From: an uncultured virus (IMG/VR IMGVR_UViG_2718218115_000003)
Lineage: Duplodnaviria > Heunggongvirae > Uroviricota > Caudoviricetes
IMG/VR virus record: IMGVR_UViG_2718218115_000003
DNA length: 64,000 bases
Strand: one strand, 5' to 3'
In this document: in pieces, positions 9,844 to 19,381 of the stretch
How positions within the stretch are numbered: position 1 is the first letter of the stretch
Layout of the letters: each line of letters begins with the position of its first letter
Translations under genes and position numbers: made by a program
The notes under the pieces: generated by a model
What the model saw: only the letters and a program-made list of their open reading frames with translations
Told to the model about the DNA's origin: nothing
Databases searched by the model: none

Positions 9844-10882
9844 GGCTTTGTTGCACAAACCTATCTCTAAAGGCTTATTCCACAATATAATTTTCAAATG
9901 AATAAGTCGACACCAAAAATTTATCGCACAACCAATTGGTCTTCATATAACCGAGCTCTCATTAATCGTGGAAATATTGCCATTTGGTTTGATCCTGCTA
10001 CGCAATGGTATGCCCCATCAAAAGGCAAACAAGGACGAAATCAAACTTACTCCGACGCAGCTATCCAATGCTGCCTAATGATTAAATCTCTCTTTCGATT
10101 ATCTTTACGCATGGTCACTGGCTTTGTTCAAAGTCTCATCCATCTTTGTGGGTTAAATTGGATAGCGCCAGACTACACTACAATTTGTAGACGACAACAG
10201 CATATTGATATTGTGATTAGCTATCAAAAAAGTTGTGATGGACTATATCTAATCGTTGACTCTACAGGTCTGAAATTCTTAGGTGAGGGTGAATGGAAGC
10301 GTAAAAAACATCAGCCTGAATATCGTCGCCAATGGCGTAAATTACATATTGGTATAGATGCTAAAACCTTACAAATACGCGCTGTTCAGCTCACAACCAA
10401 CAATGTGAGTGATTCACAGGTACTTGGTGATTTACTCGATCAGATTCCACAAGATGAGAGAGTTGACTCCGTCTATACCGATGGAGCTTATGATACCAAA
10501 CAGTGCCGACAGGTCATTGCGGATAGGCAAGCACATGCAGTGATTCCACCAAGAAAAAATGCGAAGCCATGGAAAGATAAAAAGATGGGCTCGCTAGAAC
10601 GCAATGAGTTGCTTCGAACAGTTAAACGTTTAGGAAGAACTATTTGGAAGAAATGGTCAGGCTATCATCGGCGAAGTTTGGTTGAAACCAAGATGCATTG
10701 CATCAAATTATTAGGGGATAAACTCAGTGCGAGAAATTTTCAAAGCCAAGTCAATGAGATTCATGCACGTATGGCAGTATTAAATAAATTTACGGACTTA
10801 GGCAGACCACATACCCGAGTTGTCACTTAAATTTGAGTAGATATGAGAAGTCTTAACTTTTAAATCTTTGTGCAACAAAGCC
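9844..10882 (+). mobile_element. IS5-family (IS903 group) insertion sequence, 1039 bp
   Basis: Terminal IRs GGCTTTGTTGCACAAA / TTTGTGCAACAAAGCC; 9-bp TSD TATTTCATA at 9835-9843 and 10883-10891. Confidence 0.95.
9898..10830 (+). CDS. tnp: IS5-family (IS903 group) DDE transposase
   Basis: YRTTNWSSYNRALINRG, IVDSTG, DGAYD and GYHRRSLVET motifs. Confidence 0.95.
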   Translation: MNKSTPKIYRTTNWSSYNRALINRGNIAIWFDPATQWYAPSKGKQGRNQTYSDAAIQCCLMIKSLFRLSLRMVTGFVQSLIHLCGLNWIAPDYTTICRRQQHIDIVISYQKSCDGLYLIVDSTGLKFLGEGEWKRKKHQPEYRRQWRKLHIGIDAKTLQIRAVQLTTNNVSDSQVLGDLLDQIPQDERVDSVYTDGAYDTKQCRQVIADRQAHAVIPPRKNAKPWKDKKMGSLERNELLRTVKRLGRTIWKKWSGYHRRSLVETKMHCIKLLGDKLSARNFQSQVNEIHARMAVLNKFTDLGRPHTRVVT

Positions 10883-11184
10883 TATTTCATATATAACAGT
10901 ATTTGGACCACCTGCATTTTCAACGGAAAGTATTGTGCCTGCTTTAGTTTGAATTTTTTCATCACGAAATAATTTCAAATTTGTATAAATAATCCCTTTT
11001 AAATTATTTCGATATTCAATATCTCTGGTAAAAAGTTTTCCTGTACATATTTGTAGCATTCATAAATTCCAAACATTCAATTTATTCACGATATTGTTAG
11101 AGATTTATAATATTTTCAACATATAAAAATTTTAAACATGAATTGAATTGGCTGTCTTGAATAAACTCTGATTTATCTGAAACG

Positions 11185-11212
11185 AAAGCCAGCTAAAATA
11201 GCTGGCTTTTTT
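11185..11212. terminator. Intrinsic terminator-like hairpin at the 3' end of the 11628-11212 gene
   Basis: AAAGCCAGCTA-aaa-TAGCTGGCTTT perfect stem. Confidence 0.6.
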
Positions 11213-11628
11213 CACTTCACAAAAACTTGAATTGCTTTTGACAAATTCTTAATAATTATTTCCCTTTCATAGCGAAAATCAAAAGTTTTTGGATTCTTCA
11301 CATTTAGAACTTTCTGTTGAGCAAGCGTCAATGGAATCTTATCGTTCTTGTTACTAACAAGAGAGTTATCGATGTCAATTAACGTGTTTAATTCAGCAGT
11401 CCTTTGAATATTTAACCATTGGATTTGAACATTCATTTGAGGAAAAGTAGCATTGAAAAAGGGAGTAAATTTTTTGGTGGAAATTGATATTTCTTGACCT
11501 TTGTGTTTACGAACAATTAATTCATTTGTATTACAGAGTAGGGTATCTGCATAAACCAAGTCATTGCCAAATTGTTGAATCTTATTTGGGTCAAGGTGAA
11601 TCTCTTGACCTTCATAAACAAAATACAT
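11212..11628 (-). CDS. Hypothetical protein
   Basis: 138-aa ORF (TTG start), divergent from the Hdf-like gene. Confidence 0.55.
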   Translation of the reverse strand: MYFVYEGQEIHLDPNKIQQFGNDLVYADTLLCNTNELIVRKHKGQEISISTKKFTPFFNATFPQMNVQIQWLNIQRTAELNTLIDIDNSLVSNKNDKIPLTLAQQKVLNVKNPKTFDFRYEREIIIKNLSKAIQVFVK

Positions 11629-11824
11629 TTAAAAATTCCATATAAATAAATTAATGATGTTTCAGCCATTCTGTGTGGCCTATCATTCAGTTGTATCATT
11701 TATTTTGATGAAATGTGTAGTTTAATTTTAAGTAAATGCAACGCTTTGAAACTTGGATGGAACCTTTCTCATTTTGTTAGGTTGGGTAATATCAAAATAG
11801 CCTCATTGATATGAGGTTATTTTC

Positions 11825-13216
11825 ATGGGCAGTCTTAATCTTGCAGCTGTAACAGCTACCACTCCATATATTAAAAAGATCCAATCTGCATTAGAAAAAG
11901 CAACAGGCCAAACAATAGTTACACAAGAGTTTCGCAAAATTAAACGTGTTGCTGGTGTCAGTGTTTTACCAGTTACTTTTTACTTTTCTGGTGGTGCAAC
12001 TCTTACACTTTATGTACGTGCTGTCGCGGATGTAACAAAGGCAGAAATTAACGATAAAGTTGTCGTCTTATCTGGCGATTTCAGTGATGACTATAAGCCT
12101 ACTTTTGATAATGCCGTAAATGGTGTGGCAAAGCTTATTCGTGAAGCACAATCAAAAATTCAAGCCCAAAACAAAAGCGAAAAAGTGCATTTACCTCCAC
12201 GCCGTACTTCAGTAGATCAAAAAGCTAAAGAAGTTCAAGAACAAGAGCAAAAGCTTGATGAAGATTTAGCAAAACAAACGGCGCAACGGGACCAACTTTT
12301 GGAAAAAATTGAACTAGTTAAACAGCAACTTGGTATCAGTTCTATTACGGAGGCTGGTCAATCCGAATTGGGAAAGTTCAGTAGTGTCATTGATGAAGCT
12401 TTCGATAGTGTTAACTGGGACGAAAATGAACATCCAAGAGATGCTAACGGTAAATTTAGTGTAAAATCTACTACTAATCACACTTCAAACTTAATTAAAA
12501 ATATGAAGTTATATCGCACTGATTGGGGAAAATTTCCTAAAACGGTTATTGACCGTGGACTTGGGGATGCGTCTTCTCATCCTAAGTATGAAGCAGCTAA
12601 GGCTGGGGATGTTGAAAGTGCTTATGAATTAGCTAAAGATTTAGTTTCTGATGAAGCAATTGATGCACTAAAGAATATAATTGATGGTCGGGACACAATC
12701 ATTGTGCCAGTTCATGCTGAAGAGGCGGTGGGGCGTAATATGATCCCTTTAGCTACATCGGCTGTTATTGCTAAGAAACTAGGGCTTGAAGTTGATACAA
12801 ATATAGTTCAAGCTATAAAAGTATCAAGAACTGGAGGTGACGGGTGGCATAGACTAGCTAATCCTCCAGCATTTGACGGCGGAATCGACAATGATAAATG
12901 TGTTATTATTGTTGATGATACCCAGACACAAGGTGGTACTTTTGCCGCATTGAAAGGCCATATTGAAGCCACTGGGTCAAATAAAGTAATTGGAGCTTAT
13001 GCACTGACGGGTAAACAATACTCATCACAATTAGCTCTAAGTAAAGAAACTCTTCAGCAATTGAGGGATGTATATGGCAATCTCGAAGCATGGTGGAAAT
13101 CGATTTACGGGTACGATTTCGAAAAGCTCACAGAGTGGGAAGCAAAGTATGTCCTCAACTCTCGTAAAACAGCTGACGAAGTCCGAGATAGAATCATTGC
13201 GTCAAAACAAACGTGA
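11825..13216 (+). CDS. Hdf/DarA-N-like head protein fused to a C-terminal type I phosphoribosyltransferase domain
   Basis: N-terminal alpha/beta domain plus coiled coil resembling the DarA-like protein at 49486; linker FDS...HPRDANGKF; PRPP-binding loop VIIVDDTQTQGGT (~12900-12940). Confidence 0.6.
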   Translation: MGSLNLAAVTATTPYIKKIQSALEKATGQTIVTQEFRKIKRVAGVSVLPVTFYFSGGATLTLYVRAVADVTKAEINDKVVVLSGDFSDDYKPTFDNAVNGVAKLIREAQSKIQAQNKSEKVHLPPRRTSVDQKAKEVQEQEQKLDEDLAKQTAQRDQLLEKIELVKQQLGISSITEAGQSELGKFSSVIDEAFDSVNWDENEHPRDANGKFSVKSTTNHTSNLIKNMKLYRTDWGKFPKTVIDRGLGDASSHPKYEAAKAGDVESAYELAKDLVSDEAIDALKNIIDGRDTIIVPVHAEEAVGRNMIPLATSAVIAKKLGLEVDTNIVQAIKVSRTGGDGWHRLANPPAFDGGIDNDKCVIIVDDTQTQGGTFAALKGHIEATGSNKVIGAYALTGKQYSSQLALSKETLQQLRDVYGNLEAWWKSIYGYDFEKLTEWEAKYVLNSRKTADEVRDRIIASKQT

Positions 13217-13261
13217 TGCTTATGCCCAAATGATGAAAATGAATTAATAATTTTATTTTTT

Positions 13262-13289
13262 AAAAGACTGCTATATAGCGGTCTTTTTT
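13262..13289 (+). terminator. Intrinsic terminator directly before a TGGAAC site
   Basis: AAAGACTGCTA-TAGCGGTCTTT plus T run. Confidence 0.6.
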
Positions 13290-13362
13290 GTTTTGGAACC
13301 CTGTAAATATTAAGAAGGTTCAAACAACTACCCTTATAAAAATTCAAATTAAGGGTAGTACC

Positions 13363-13719
13363 ATGCAAATTCAAATCGGTATAGATATTGTCTTAATTTT
13401 CGCTTTTTCTGCGTATCTTTATTTCATAACAGGGTGGAATGGCAAAAATAAAGCGGCATCAATAAAACAATTACGCCAAATTCCAATTAGCCTTTTATTT
13501 AAAGATATAAGAAGGATGTACTTCATATGTATGGCATGCGTATTGATCACAATTTTTTTAGTTGATTGGCGCATCTATCACGTTGCTTACTACTTTGATG
13601 CATTAAGCGTTTCGCTTTGGATCTTTCTTATCTATTTTACTATTTTTTCTACTTATCAAATTGGCACTGCAATTTTACTAAAGCTTTTGACTATTTTTAG
13701 CAATAGAGCAACTTCCTAA
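13363..13719 (+). CDS. Small 3-TM membrane protein (possibly holin/antiholin-like)
   Basis: ATG 13363 lies 69 nt after TGGAAC; three hydrophobic segments. Confidence 0.5.
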   Translation: MQIQIGIDIVLIFAFSAYLYFITGWNGKNKAASIKQLRQIPISLLFKDIRRMYFICMACVLITIFLVDWRIYHVAYYFDALSVSLWIFLIYFTIFSTYQIGTAILLKLLTIFSNRATS

Positions 13720-14057
13720 TGATCACAGCTAAGTCAATTTTAGACATGGTTGATTATTGGCTTAATCATCCTGTCAATGGGAAGTATGGGTCTGATTTTG
13801 GTGCACCTCTTTATGATTTGCTAATGGCACCTTTAGACTCGAGGGTGGCAGATAGTTTTCTTATTAAGATGAAAAAGGATCTACCAATATTATCTGAGCT
13901 TAACTCTGACCAATTAGCCCTGTATTCACAAACCGAAGGATTTGAGACGGTTCATATTCATTTAAGCATCATGAATGTGAATATAGATCTTAACCAAGTA
14001 GCAGACCGATTGGGTAAATCAGTAACAGGTGAGACATATGACATTAACGCAAGCTGA
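13719..14057 (+). CDS. Putative baseplate wedge protein (gpW/gp25-like)
   Basis: WL..P...YGSDFG.PL.DLL pattern; immediately upstream of baseplate J-like gene. Confidence 0.5.
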   Translation: MITAKSILDMVDYWLNHPVNGKYGSDFGAPLYDLLMAPLDSRVADSFLIKMKKDLPILSELNSDQLALYSQTEGFETVHIHLSIMNVNIDLNQVADRLGKSVTGETYDINAS

Positions 14058-15483
14058 TTTTGAAGCCCAGCTCCAAGCAGCGATAGATGATTATGAGATT
14101 CAGGAACGCTATAAAGCTCAAGATCCACTTGTCGTTCACCAGCTGCGTTCTATGGCTAGTTTTTTGACTGCATTTGGTCCAGAAATCGATATTGCTTCAA
14201 TTGAACCATTTACCAAAACACGTGACCGCTCAATTATTGCGGATGCTACAAATAAAGGCATTTTGCCTATAGGTACACCGTGTCAGCACTTAATAGAAAT
14301 TATCAACCGGTCAACAAATGCTGTGAGCTTAAGTCAAGGGCGAATGATTGAGGACCATAGCGGCGGTAGAGTATGGCGGTTGCTTCAATCAATTACTGTT
14401 AAAGCTGGTGAGACGGCGGAAGTAATAGCAGAACAAAGTGAATACCGTGAAATTAAATATGTTGTACCAGTTACTGAAGGGTTCCATAAATATCGAATAG
14501 ACCTTTTAGAGGACCTTTCACTTGCAAATATTTCGGTTAAGCAGGGCAATAATAACTATGTAATTAAGCCGCGCTGGATGAATGTTGAACCAGGTGAATA
14601 TGCTGTAACTGTTACTACAGATAATCTAAGAAGATTGTTTATTGAGTTTGGCGATTCTGATAGAGCTGGTCGTACTCTGCAAGCCAATGAAACGGTAATA
14701 ATTGGAATTCTTGAGACATACGGGGAAGTTGATGTTAATCGTTTAAAAGATGCGGCCTTACTTGATGTACTTACTAATGATGAACAGCGGGTATCAGTGC
14801 GTTTTAAAGCTGGTGGACTGATTAGAGAGGGCGTAGATCCGTTAGCTGTATCAGAATTACGTTTATTATCAAGCTATCCATCACTTTACGATGAAGATGC
14901 GGTATTTCTCGGCAACTTTGACTATGCAGTCCGTAAAAAATTTATGAAACGGGCACAGTTTATTTCTGTCTGGAATGAAACGTTGCAAGAGCAACACTTT
15001 GCCATTACATACCGCGACATAAATCATTTAAATCTTGTGGTGGTTGCGAAGAACCCAGCTGAACAAGCAACGTTAGAACAAGATATCTGTCGGTATATTG
15101 GTTATTGCGATAACTTGTATGAAGGTAAAGTGAATGTACATGAAGTTGTAGAAAAGCCAATTGAAGTAAAAATTAAAGGCTCTTTGGCTTCTGTACATAA
15201 CACAGATATGGTTAAGACACAGATCAAAGAATTACTTGTAGAACGATACGGGCGTGAATCATTGAGCTCAAGTCGTTGGCTGGTTAATGGCTTTAATACG
15301 CAAGAAATGGGGAAGCTGATTAATGACAATATTGTGGCTTTCCAAGACCGGATGAGTGACTTTACCATTATGCTTTCAAATGAGTTGAATAAGCCTAATG
15401 AGTGGGTGTATGTGACAAAAGACAGCATTACTGTTGAGTTGGAACGCACCGCTGATATTTCGGGGGCTACATGGACCCTATAA
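14038..15483 (+). CDS. Baseplate wedge protein (gpJ/T4 gp6-like)
   Basis: IEFGD...GR motif, G.DP...SELR, AV...FDY pattern; operon position. Confidence 0.6.
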   Translation: MTLTQADFEAQLQAAIDDYEIQERYKAQDPLVVHQLRSMASFLTAFGPEIDIASIEPFTKTRDRSIIADATNKGILPIGTPCQHLIEIINRSTNAVSLSQGRMIEDHSGGRVWRLLQSITVKAGETAEVIAEQSEYREIKYVVPVTEGFHKYRIDLLEDLSLANISVKQGNNNYVIKPRWMNVEPGEYAVTVTTDNLRRLFIEFGDSDRAGRTLQANETVIIGILETYGEVDVNRLKDAALLDVLTNDEQRVSVRFKAGGLIREGVDPLAVSELRLLSSYPSLYDEDAVFLGNFDYAVRKKFMKRAQFISVWNETLQEQHFAITYRDINHLNLVVVAKNPAEQATLEQDICRYIGYCDNLYEGKVNVHEVVEKPIEVKIKGSLASVHNTDMVKTQIKELLVERYGRESLSSSRWLVNGFNTQEMGKLINDNIVAFQDRMSDFTIMLSNELNKPNEWVYVTKDSITVELERTADISGATWTL

Positions 15484-16085
15484 GCTTTACTCGGCCTATC
15501 GATGAACAATATGTGAGTACGGGCTTGCAAACCGCACTTGCTAAAGCATTTAAACAAGTATTTGCACAAAACTTTGAACAGTCCATACAAGATTTATTGG
15601 ATTACGGTTGTCCTCATATCGGTAGTAAAACAGTTGTAGAACGGTTCTCTAAACAAAACGGACTTGTTGTATTACGCCGAAATAACACCTCTGACACGTT
15701 AATGCGAATTATCTATGCCAATTGGAGCAGCATGGGTAATAAAAGAGGATTAGCGTTTTTAGAGTTTGTTTTACGAATGTTGTGGGGGAAAGATCATTTT
15801 CAGATTATCCGGCTATGGCATAGCTTGGAAAAGCTAAAAGAATATCCAGCCTATTTGTCTGATTTTGAAAAGCCAAATTACTTCTTAACAAGTCGGATTA
15901 GAATTGTTTTAGATAAAACTGTTGATGCAAATGAAGTGGTAGAGCTGTCACCGATATTACGCCGTTTAGTACCAGCCAATATTGTCGTTAAAGTTCACTC
16001 AATGGCATTTGATAGAGATTTAGGCACCACAAGCTTTGCAGCGGCAATAGCAGCTAAGCCTTATGCAGTCTATAACTTCCTTTAA
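15471..16085 (+). CDS. Putative baseplate protein (gpI-like)
   Basis: KRG...LEFVLR...L..LVPA pattern; coupled to gpJ-like gene. Confidence 0.5.
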   Translation: MDPISFTRPIDEQYVSTGLQTALAKAFKQVFAQNFEQSIQDLLDYGCPHIGSKTVVERFSKQNGLVVLRRNNTSDTLMRIIYANWSSMGNKRGLAFLEFVLRMLWGKDHFQIIRLWHSLEKLKEYPAYLSDFEKPNYFLTSRIRIVLDKTVDANEVVELSPILRRLVPANIVVKVHSMAFDRDLGTTSFAAAIAAKPYAVYNFL

Positions 16086-16163
16086 TTCAATTGGAACTGT
16101 TGAGTTAGCGCTCAAATACAAAATGATTTCATAGTCCTGTTCATTAGTTCAGGACTTTTTTAT

Positions 16164-16622
16164 ATGCAACAAGCTCAAGACAATGTTTTAGTAGGAATCG
16201 CAGAACCTATCAATGGTCAGGGAGAAAACTTATTAATTGATCATTTCTTAGGATATGCTAGCCATGAATTAGAACCACAAGAAATTGATAAAGTTATTAA
16301 AGGGGAAGTGGTTGAAGGCATTACGGAATATGCTCAGGGCCATTACTATAAGATTTCAGCAAATCCTGAAAACCAAAATGCAAAAGATTTTGAAATCAGT
16401 ATTCATTTTCAAGATGGCCCAATTCCAGAACATGGGGTGAATGGGGTTACTAGTGAAGCATTGTTAAAAGTACTTATTCACCGTACTAAAACCTTGGATG
16501 AAAAATTTCCGAGTGAGTTCAACAAACAAGCCATTATTTATATGGAAAGTGCGCTAGAAGAATTTAATAAACGTACAGCTGAGCGCCGTGCTCGTGGTGT
16601 TGAAGGCACTCTTGTTAAGTAA
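16164..16622 (+). CDS. Tad1/Acb2-like anti-defence signal-sponge protein
   Basis: HYYKI...IHFQDGP...GVNGV...LL.VL..R...F...N..AI...E.AL...N.R..ER..RGVEGT matches the Tad1 family pattern as I recognise it. Confidence 0.7.
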   Translation: MQQAQDNVLVGIAEPINGQGENLLIDHFLGYASHELEPQEIDKVIKGEVVEGITEYAQGHYYKISANPENQNAKDFEISIHFQDGPIPEHGVNGVTSEALLKVLIHRTKTLDEKFPSEFNKQAIIYMESALEEFNKRTAERRARGVEGTLVK

Positions 16623-16633
16623 TTGGGTGAAGT

Positions 16634-16861
16634 ATGCGATTAAAAATCTTTTGTAGAAAACGTGCTTGTTCTCAATTAATTGACTTATCTCAAATGGATT
16701 GTTTGCAAGTCTCCGAAAGTGAACATCGAGGAGGCATGGTCCATGAGCGCTTTTATGATGTTTTTATTTCTCTTAAAAGTGGGTACATCTTTGATGCAAC
16801 CATTGAAGATAAACAGCATGACAAGCTATTGGAATTAATTGAGTTTGATCAAAAGATTTGA
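16634..16861 (+). CDS. Hypothetical protein
   Basis: 75-aa ORF co-transcribed with the Tad1-like gene. Confidence 0.55.
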   Translation: MRLKIFCRKRACSQLIDLSQMDCLQVSESEHRGGMVHERFYDVFISLKSGYIFDATIEDKQHDKLLELIEFDQKI

Positions 16862-16933
16862 TTTGGAACTGATTAAATTTCAACTATAGAACAACTGAAA
16901 CAATAGCCTCAATCACAGCATTGGGGCTTTTTT

Positions 16934-17839
16934 ATGGCTAGCAAAAATAGAAAGACAAAAGTTCTATCTTACAACTTACATGACCGATGCCGTAAATTTA
17001 CCGGTGTTGATCGAAGTAATGTCGATGTAGATGCAATGGTCAACTTGATCAACAGTGACCATGTACAAGAAATGGTTGCTACTAATTCATTACAAGGTTT
17101 TTACGGTCATCAAATTCGACAGCGCTATGGTATGGTGCCGCCTGAAACGGTGATCATTAAAGGTAAAGTTGTATATCTTTCACGGGCGTTTAAAACAATT
17201 GAATTACGTGCTTCAAAGGATGGAACAGTTGAACACCGAGAAGAGTTTTATGATAACGAGCCTGGTGAGATCGCATTACAAGATTATAAAGCCCAAGCGG
17301 GTGGTTTTAGCACATCAGTCAATTACAAGAATGTCGGTGGCCGTTTAATTCCAACGGGTTTTTTTGGTTTTGATTTCGTTGCACAACCAAATTATGCAAG
17401 TAATGTAGGGGATGGTCAGTTATTTGATGGATTATTTGTTCCTGAAGAGCCAGAAGGTGTTGTTTCTTGCTTTGATAGCGCAACAGATATTTCACAGTTA
17501 TCACAGCCCGAAATTATTATTGCCCAATTACTTGAAGATCAAATTTTACAGACATACGACAATATCAATAGTCAGCTGCATCTATTAACCGAGTTAGGAA
17601 ATGCTCAAGGATTAGTGGGTGAATTATCAGAAAAAGTTGATAAACAGAAACGCTTGCAACAACTTAGAGAAGAACGAAAAAAAGAACTCTATACGGGTAT
17701 GGTAAATCCTGTGAAGAGTTTTGATTCAGTACAACAACAAGCTGAACAAATCATTCAAAGTTTGGACAATCCAAACGTAAAAGAGAAAGCTAAAAAGCCG
17801 AAAAAGTCTTTTGGCAATATCTTTAGTGTATGGGGGTAA
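16934..17839 (+). CDS. Putative prohead (maturation) protease with C-terminal coiled coil
   Basis: GFYGH...GGFSTS...GFDFV.QPNY resembles the His/Ser/Asp-Pro motifs of phage head serine proteases. Confidence 0.55.
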   Translation: MASKNRKTKVLSYNLHDRCRKFTGVDRSNVDVDAMVNLINSDHVQEMVATNSLQGFYGHQIRQRYGMVPPETVIIKGKVVYLSRAFKTIELRASKDGTVEHREEFYDNEPGEIALQDYKAQAGGFSTSVNYKNVGGRLIPTGFFGFDFVAQPNYASNVGDGQLFDGLFVPEEPEGVVSCFDSATDISQLSQPEIIIAQLLEDQILQTYDNINSQLHLLTELGNAQGLVGELSEKVDKQKRLQQLREERKKELYTGMVNPVKSFDSVQQQAEQIIQSLDNPNVKEKAKKPKKSFGNIFSVWG

Positions 17840-17841
17840 TA

Positions 17842-18645
17842 ATGAATTACCCCAACGATTCGCTTAAAAGCATCCAAAACGCTTGGTATAAGCAGCTTGT
17901 CAATTTTCGTGCTTGGTATATGCCTGAGACACAATTAACGGCTGACTGGAAGTTGAGAGCCATTGGTAACGCTATAAAAGCATGTCCGTCACGGATGATG
18001 GACGATTCAGAAGCAATGCTTTCTGAATATAGAAAAAGCCAGAAGCATGTGGAAGAGTCCAAAGTGCTTTTACCTGTAATGCTTACTGCAACAGCGTTAA
18101 CTGACCAACCCCCAGATGTAAATCAATTACTACCAGTGCCTGATTTTATTGAAACGGTCATTGATGAGAAACGGGTGAAGGTTCGTCTGGTGCCAACAAC
18201 TGTACGTGCTCAAATCGCTTTCTTTGCCACCAATCCTAATGATCTGCGTTCAGTCATTGGGCAGTTTTGCGCGTACATGTCTAGCAATGATAACCGTCGT
18301 TTTAATGTGCCATTTCAGCAATGGAATGATCATGTATTTAATTCAACATTCACTGTTTTTGAAAATGAACTTTTTCCATCACCAGTCCCAAGCGAAGCAA
18401 TCAATCTTTCTATCTCAACTGTAGATATTCAGCTCGTGGGTTATACACCTAACGTCATCGGTTTCGGTGGTCCATTCGACCAAAACACAGGTAATGGCTA
18501 TGAACCTGACGGCTCAGCAACGGAACAGCCCGCAATCAACGACAAAGTTGTAGTGCAAGCTGATCAGTACACATCACTCGATCACCAGCGTGTGAAGGGT
18601 GATAGAGAAACAGGTGAAATTACAGTTGAGCGTATAGATGACTGA
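17842..18645 (+). CDS. Putative virion morphogenesis protein (neck/tail completion-like)
   Basis: ORF in structural operon; GGGGGT SD before ATG 17842; function inferred from context only. Confidence 0.4.
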   Translation: MNYPNDSLKSIQNAWYKQLVNFRAWYMPETQLTADWKLRAIGNAIKACPSRMMDDSEAMLSEYRKSQKHVEESKVLLPVMLTATALTDQPPDVNQLLPVPDFIETVIDEKRVKVRLVPTTVRAQIAFFATNPNDLRSVIGQFCAYMSSNDNRRFNVPFQQWNDHVFNSTFTVFENELFPSPVPSEAINLSISTVDIQLVGYTPNVIGFGGPFDQNTGNGYEPDGSATEQPAINDKVVVQADQYTSLDHQRVKGDRETGEITVERIDD

Positions 18646-18838
18646 CTTAATCGATAAGGCACAAGAAAGTGCTGATTATTTATTGCAGCAAGAAATTGCA
18701 AAGCGATGCCGTTTTGAAGGCGAATCTGAAAAAGAATGTATTGAATGTGGTGAAGAGATACCAGAGCGCCGCCGTGCACTTGGTGGGGTTAAATTCTGCA
18801 TTGAATGTCAAACCAAGATAGAACGTAAACGGCGCTAA
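18638..18838 (+). CDS. TraR/DksA C4-type zinc finger protein
   Basis: D.IDKA N-terminus and CIECGEEIPERRR...CIECQ. Confidence 0.85.
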   Translation: MTDLIDKAQESADYLLQQEIAKRCRFEGESEKECIECGEEIPERRRALGGVKFCIECQTKIERKRR

Positions 18839-18849
18839 GGATACATGTA

Positions 18850-19362
18850 ATGTCTGGAATTATTCGTATAGACAGCCGTGTTGCTGGGTTTTCTGATCAA
18901 CCAATTCGTCTCATTGGTGCCGCATTTGCGGATACTGGTGAACTTGTTATTCAAAAAACTGCCGTTTATTCAAATTTACCTGTACCAAGTGATTTAAGAG
19001 ATCAAACGGTTGTTGTTACTGATTCACCTGACCAAGTACAGAATTGGCAATTAAGTTTCAATGCTAAAGAGCACTTAGAAGAAGTGATTTCAATTTACCA
19101 AGCTCGTTTCAGAGCAAAGTTAATTGAAATTGAGCCGAAGCTGAACCAGTACAATCCTAAGAACGTACTTGAAATCCGTAAGGTCGATAAAAACGGCCTT
19201 CAGCAAGAATTTGATAGCAGCAGCTTAAACAACGGCCACATTGCAATCCTGTTAGCAGTTTGGGCTAGTACAAAAATTGCTAAAGGCTTTTCAATTACTG
19301 AAGGGAATCAGTTTGAAGAAGATGCAGTAGATCCAACAATGCTTCCTTTTTCAATCTTTTAA
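18850..19362 (+). CDS. Hypothetical phage protein
   Basis: 170-aa ORF with AAGGA SD upstream of terminase. Confidence 0.6.
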   Translation: MSGIIRIDSRVAGFSDQPIRLIGAAFADTGELVIQKTAVYSNLPVPSDLRDQTVVVTDSPDQVQNWQLSFNAKEHLEEVISIYQARFRAKLIEIEPKLNQYNPKNVLEIRKVDKNGLQQEFDSSSLNNGHIAILLAVWASTKIAKGFSITEGNQFEEDAVDPTMLPFSIF

Positions 19363-19381
19363 TTAATGGTGTTTTTACGGT

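Larger units (their letters stand above)
8299..11059 (-). pseudogene. HEPN-motif (ApeA-like) putative RNase / defence gene interrupted by IS5-family element; ~570 aa when rejoined
   Basis: 11059-10883 (MLQICTG...VIYEI) joins in frame to 9834-8299 (EELVEE...) after removing the IS and one TSD copy; contains LLVASIESL and RSKYVH (RxxxxH, 9159-9142). Confidence 0.7.

Noticed and set aside
8299..9897. 532-aa ORF as an independent gene
   Set aside because: Its first 18 codons lie inside the IS left end; the natural start is at 11059
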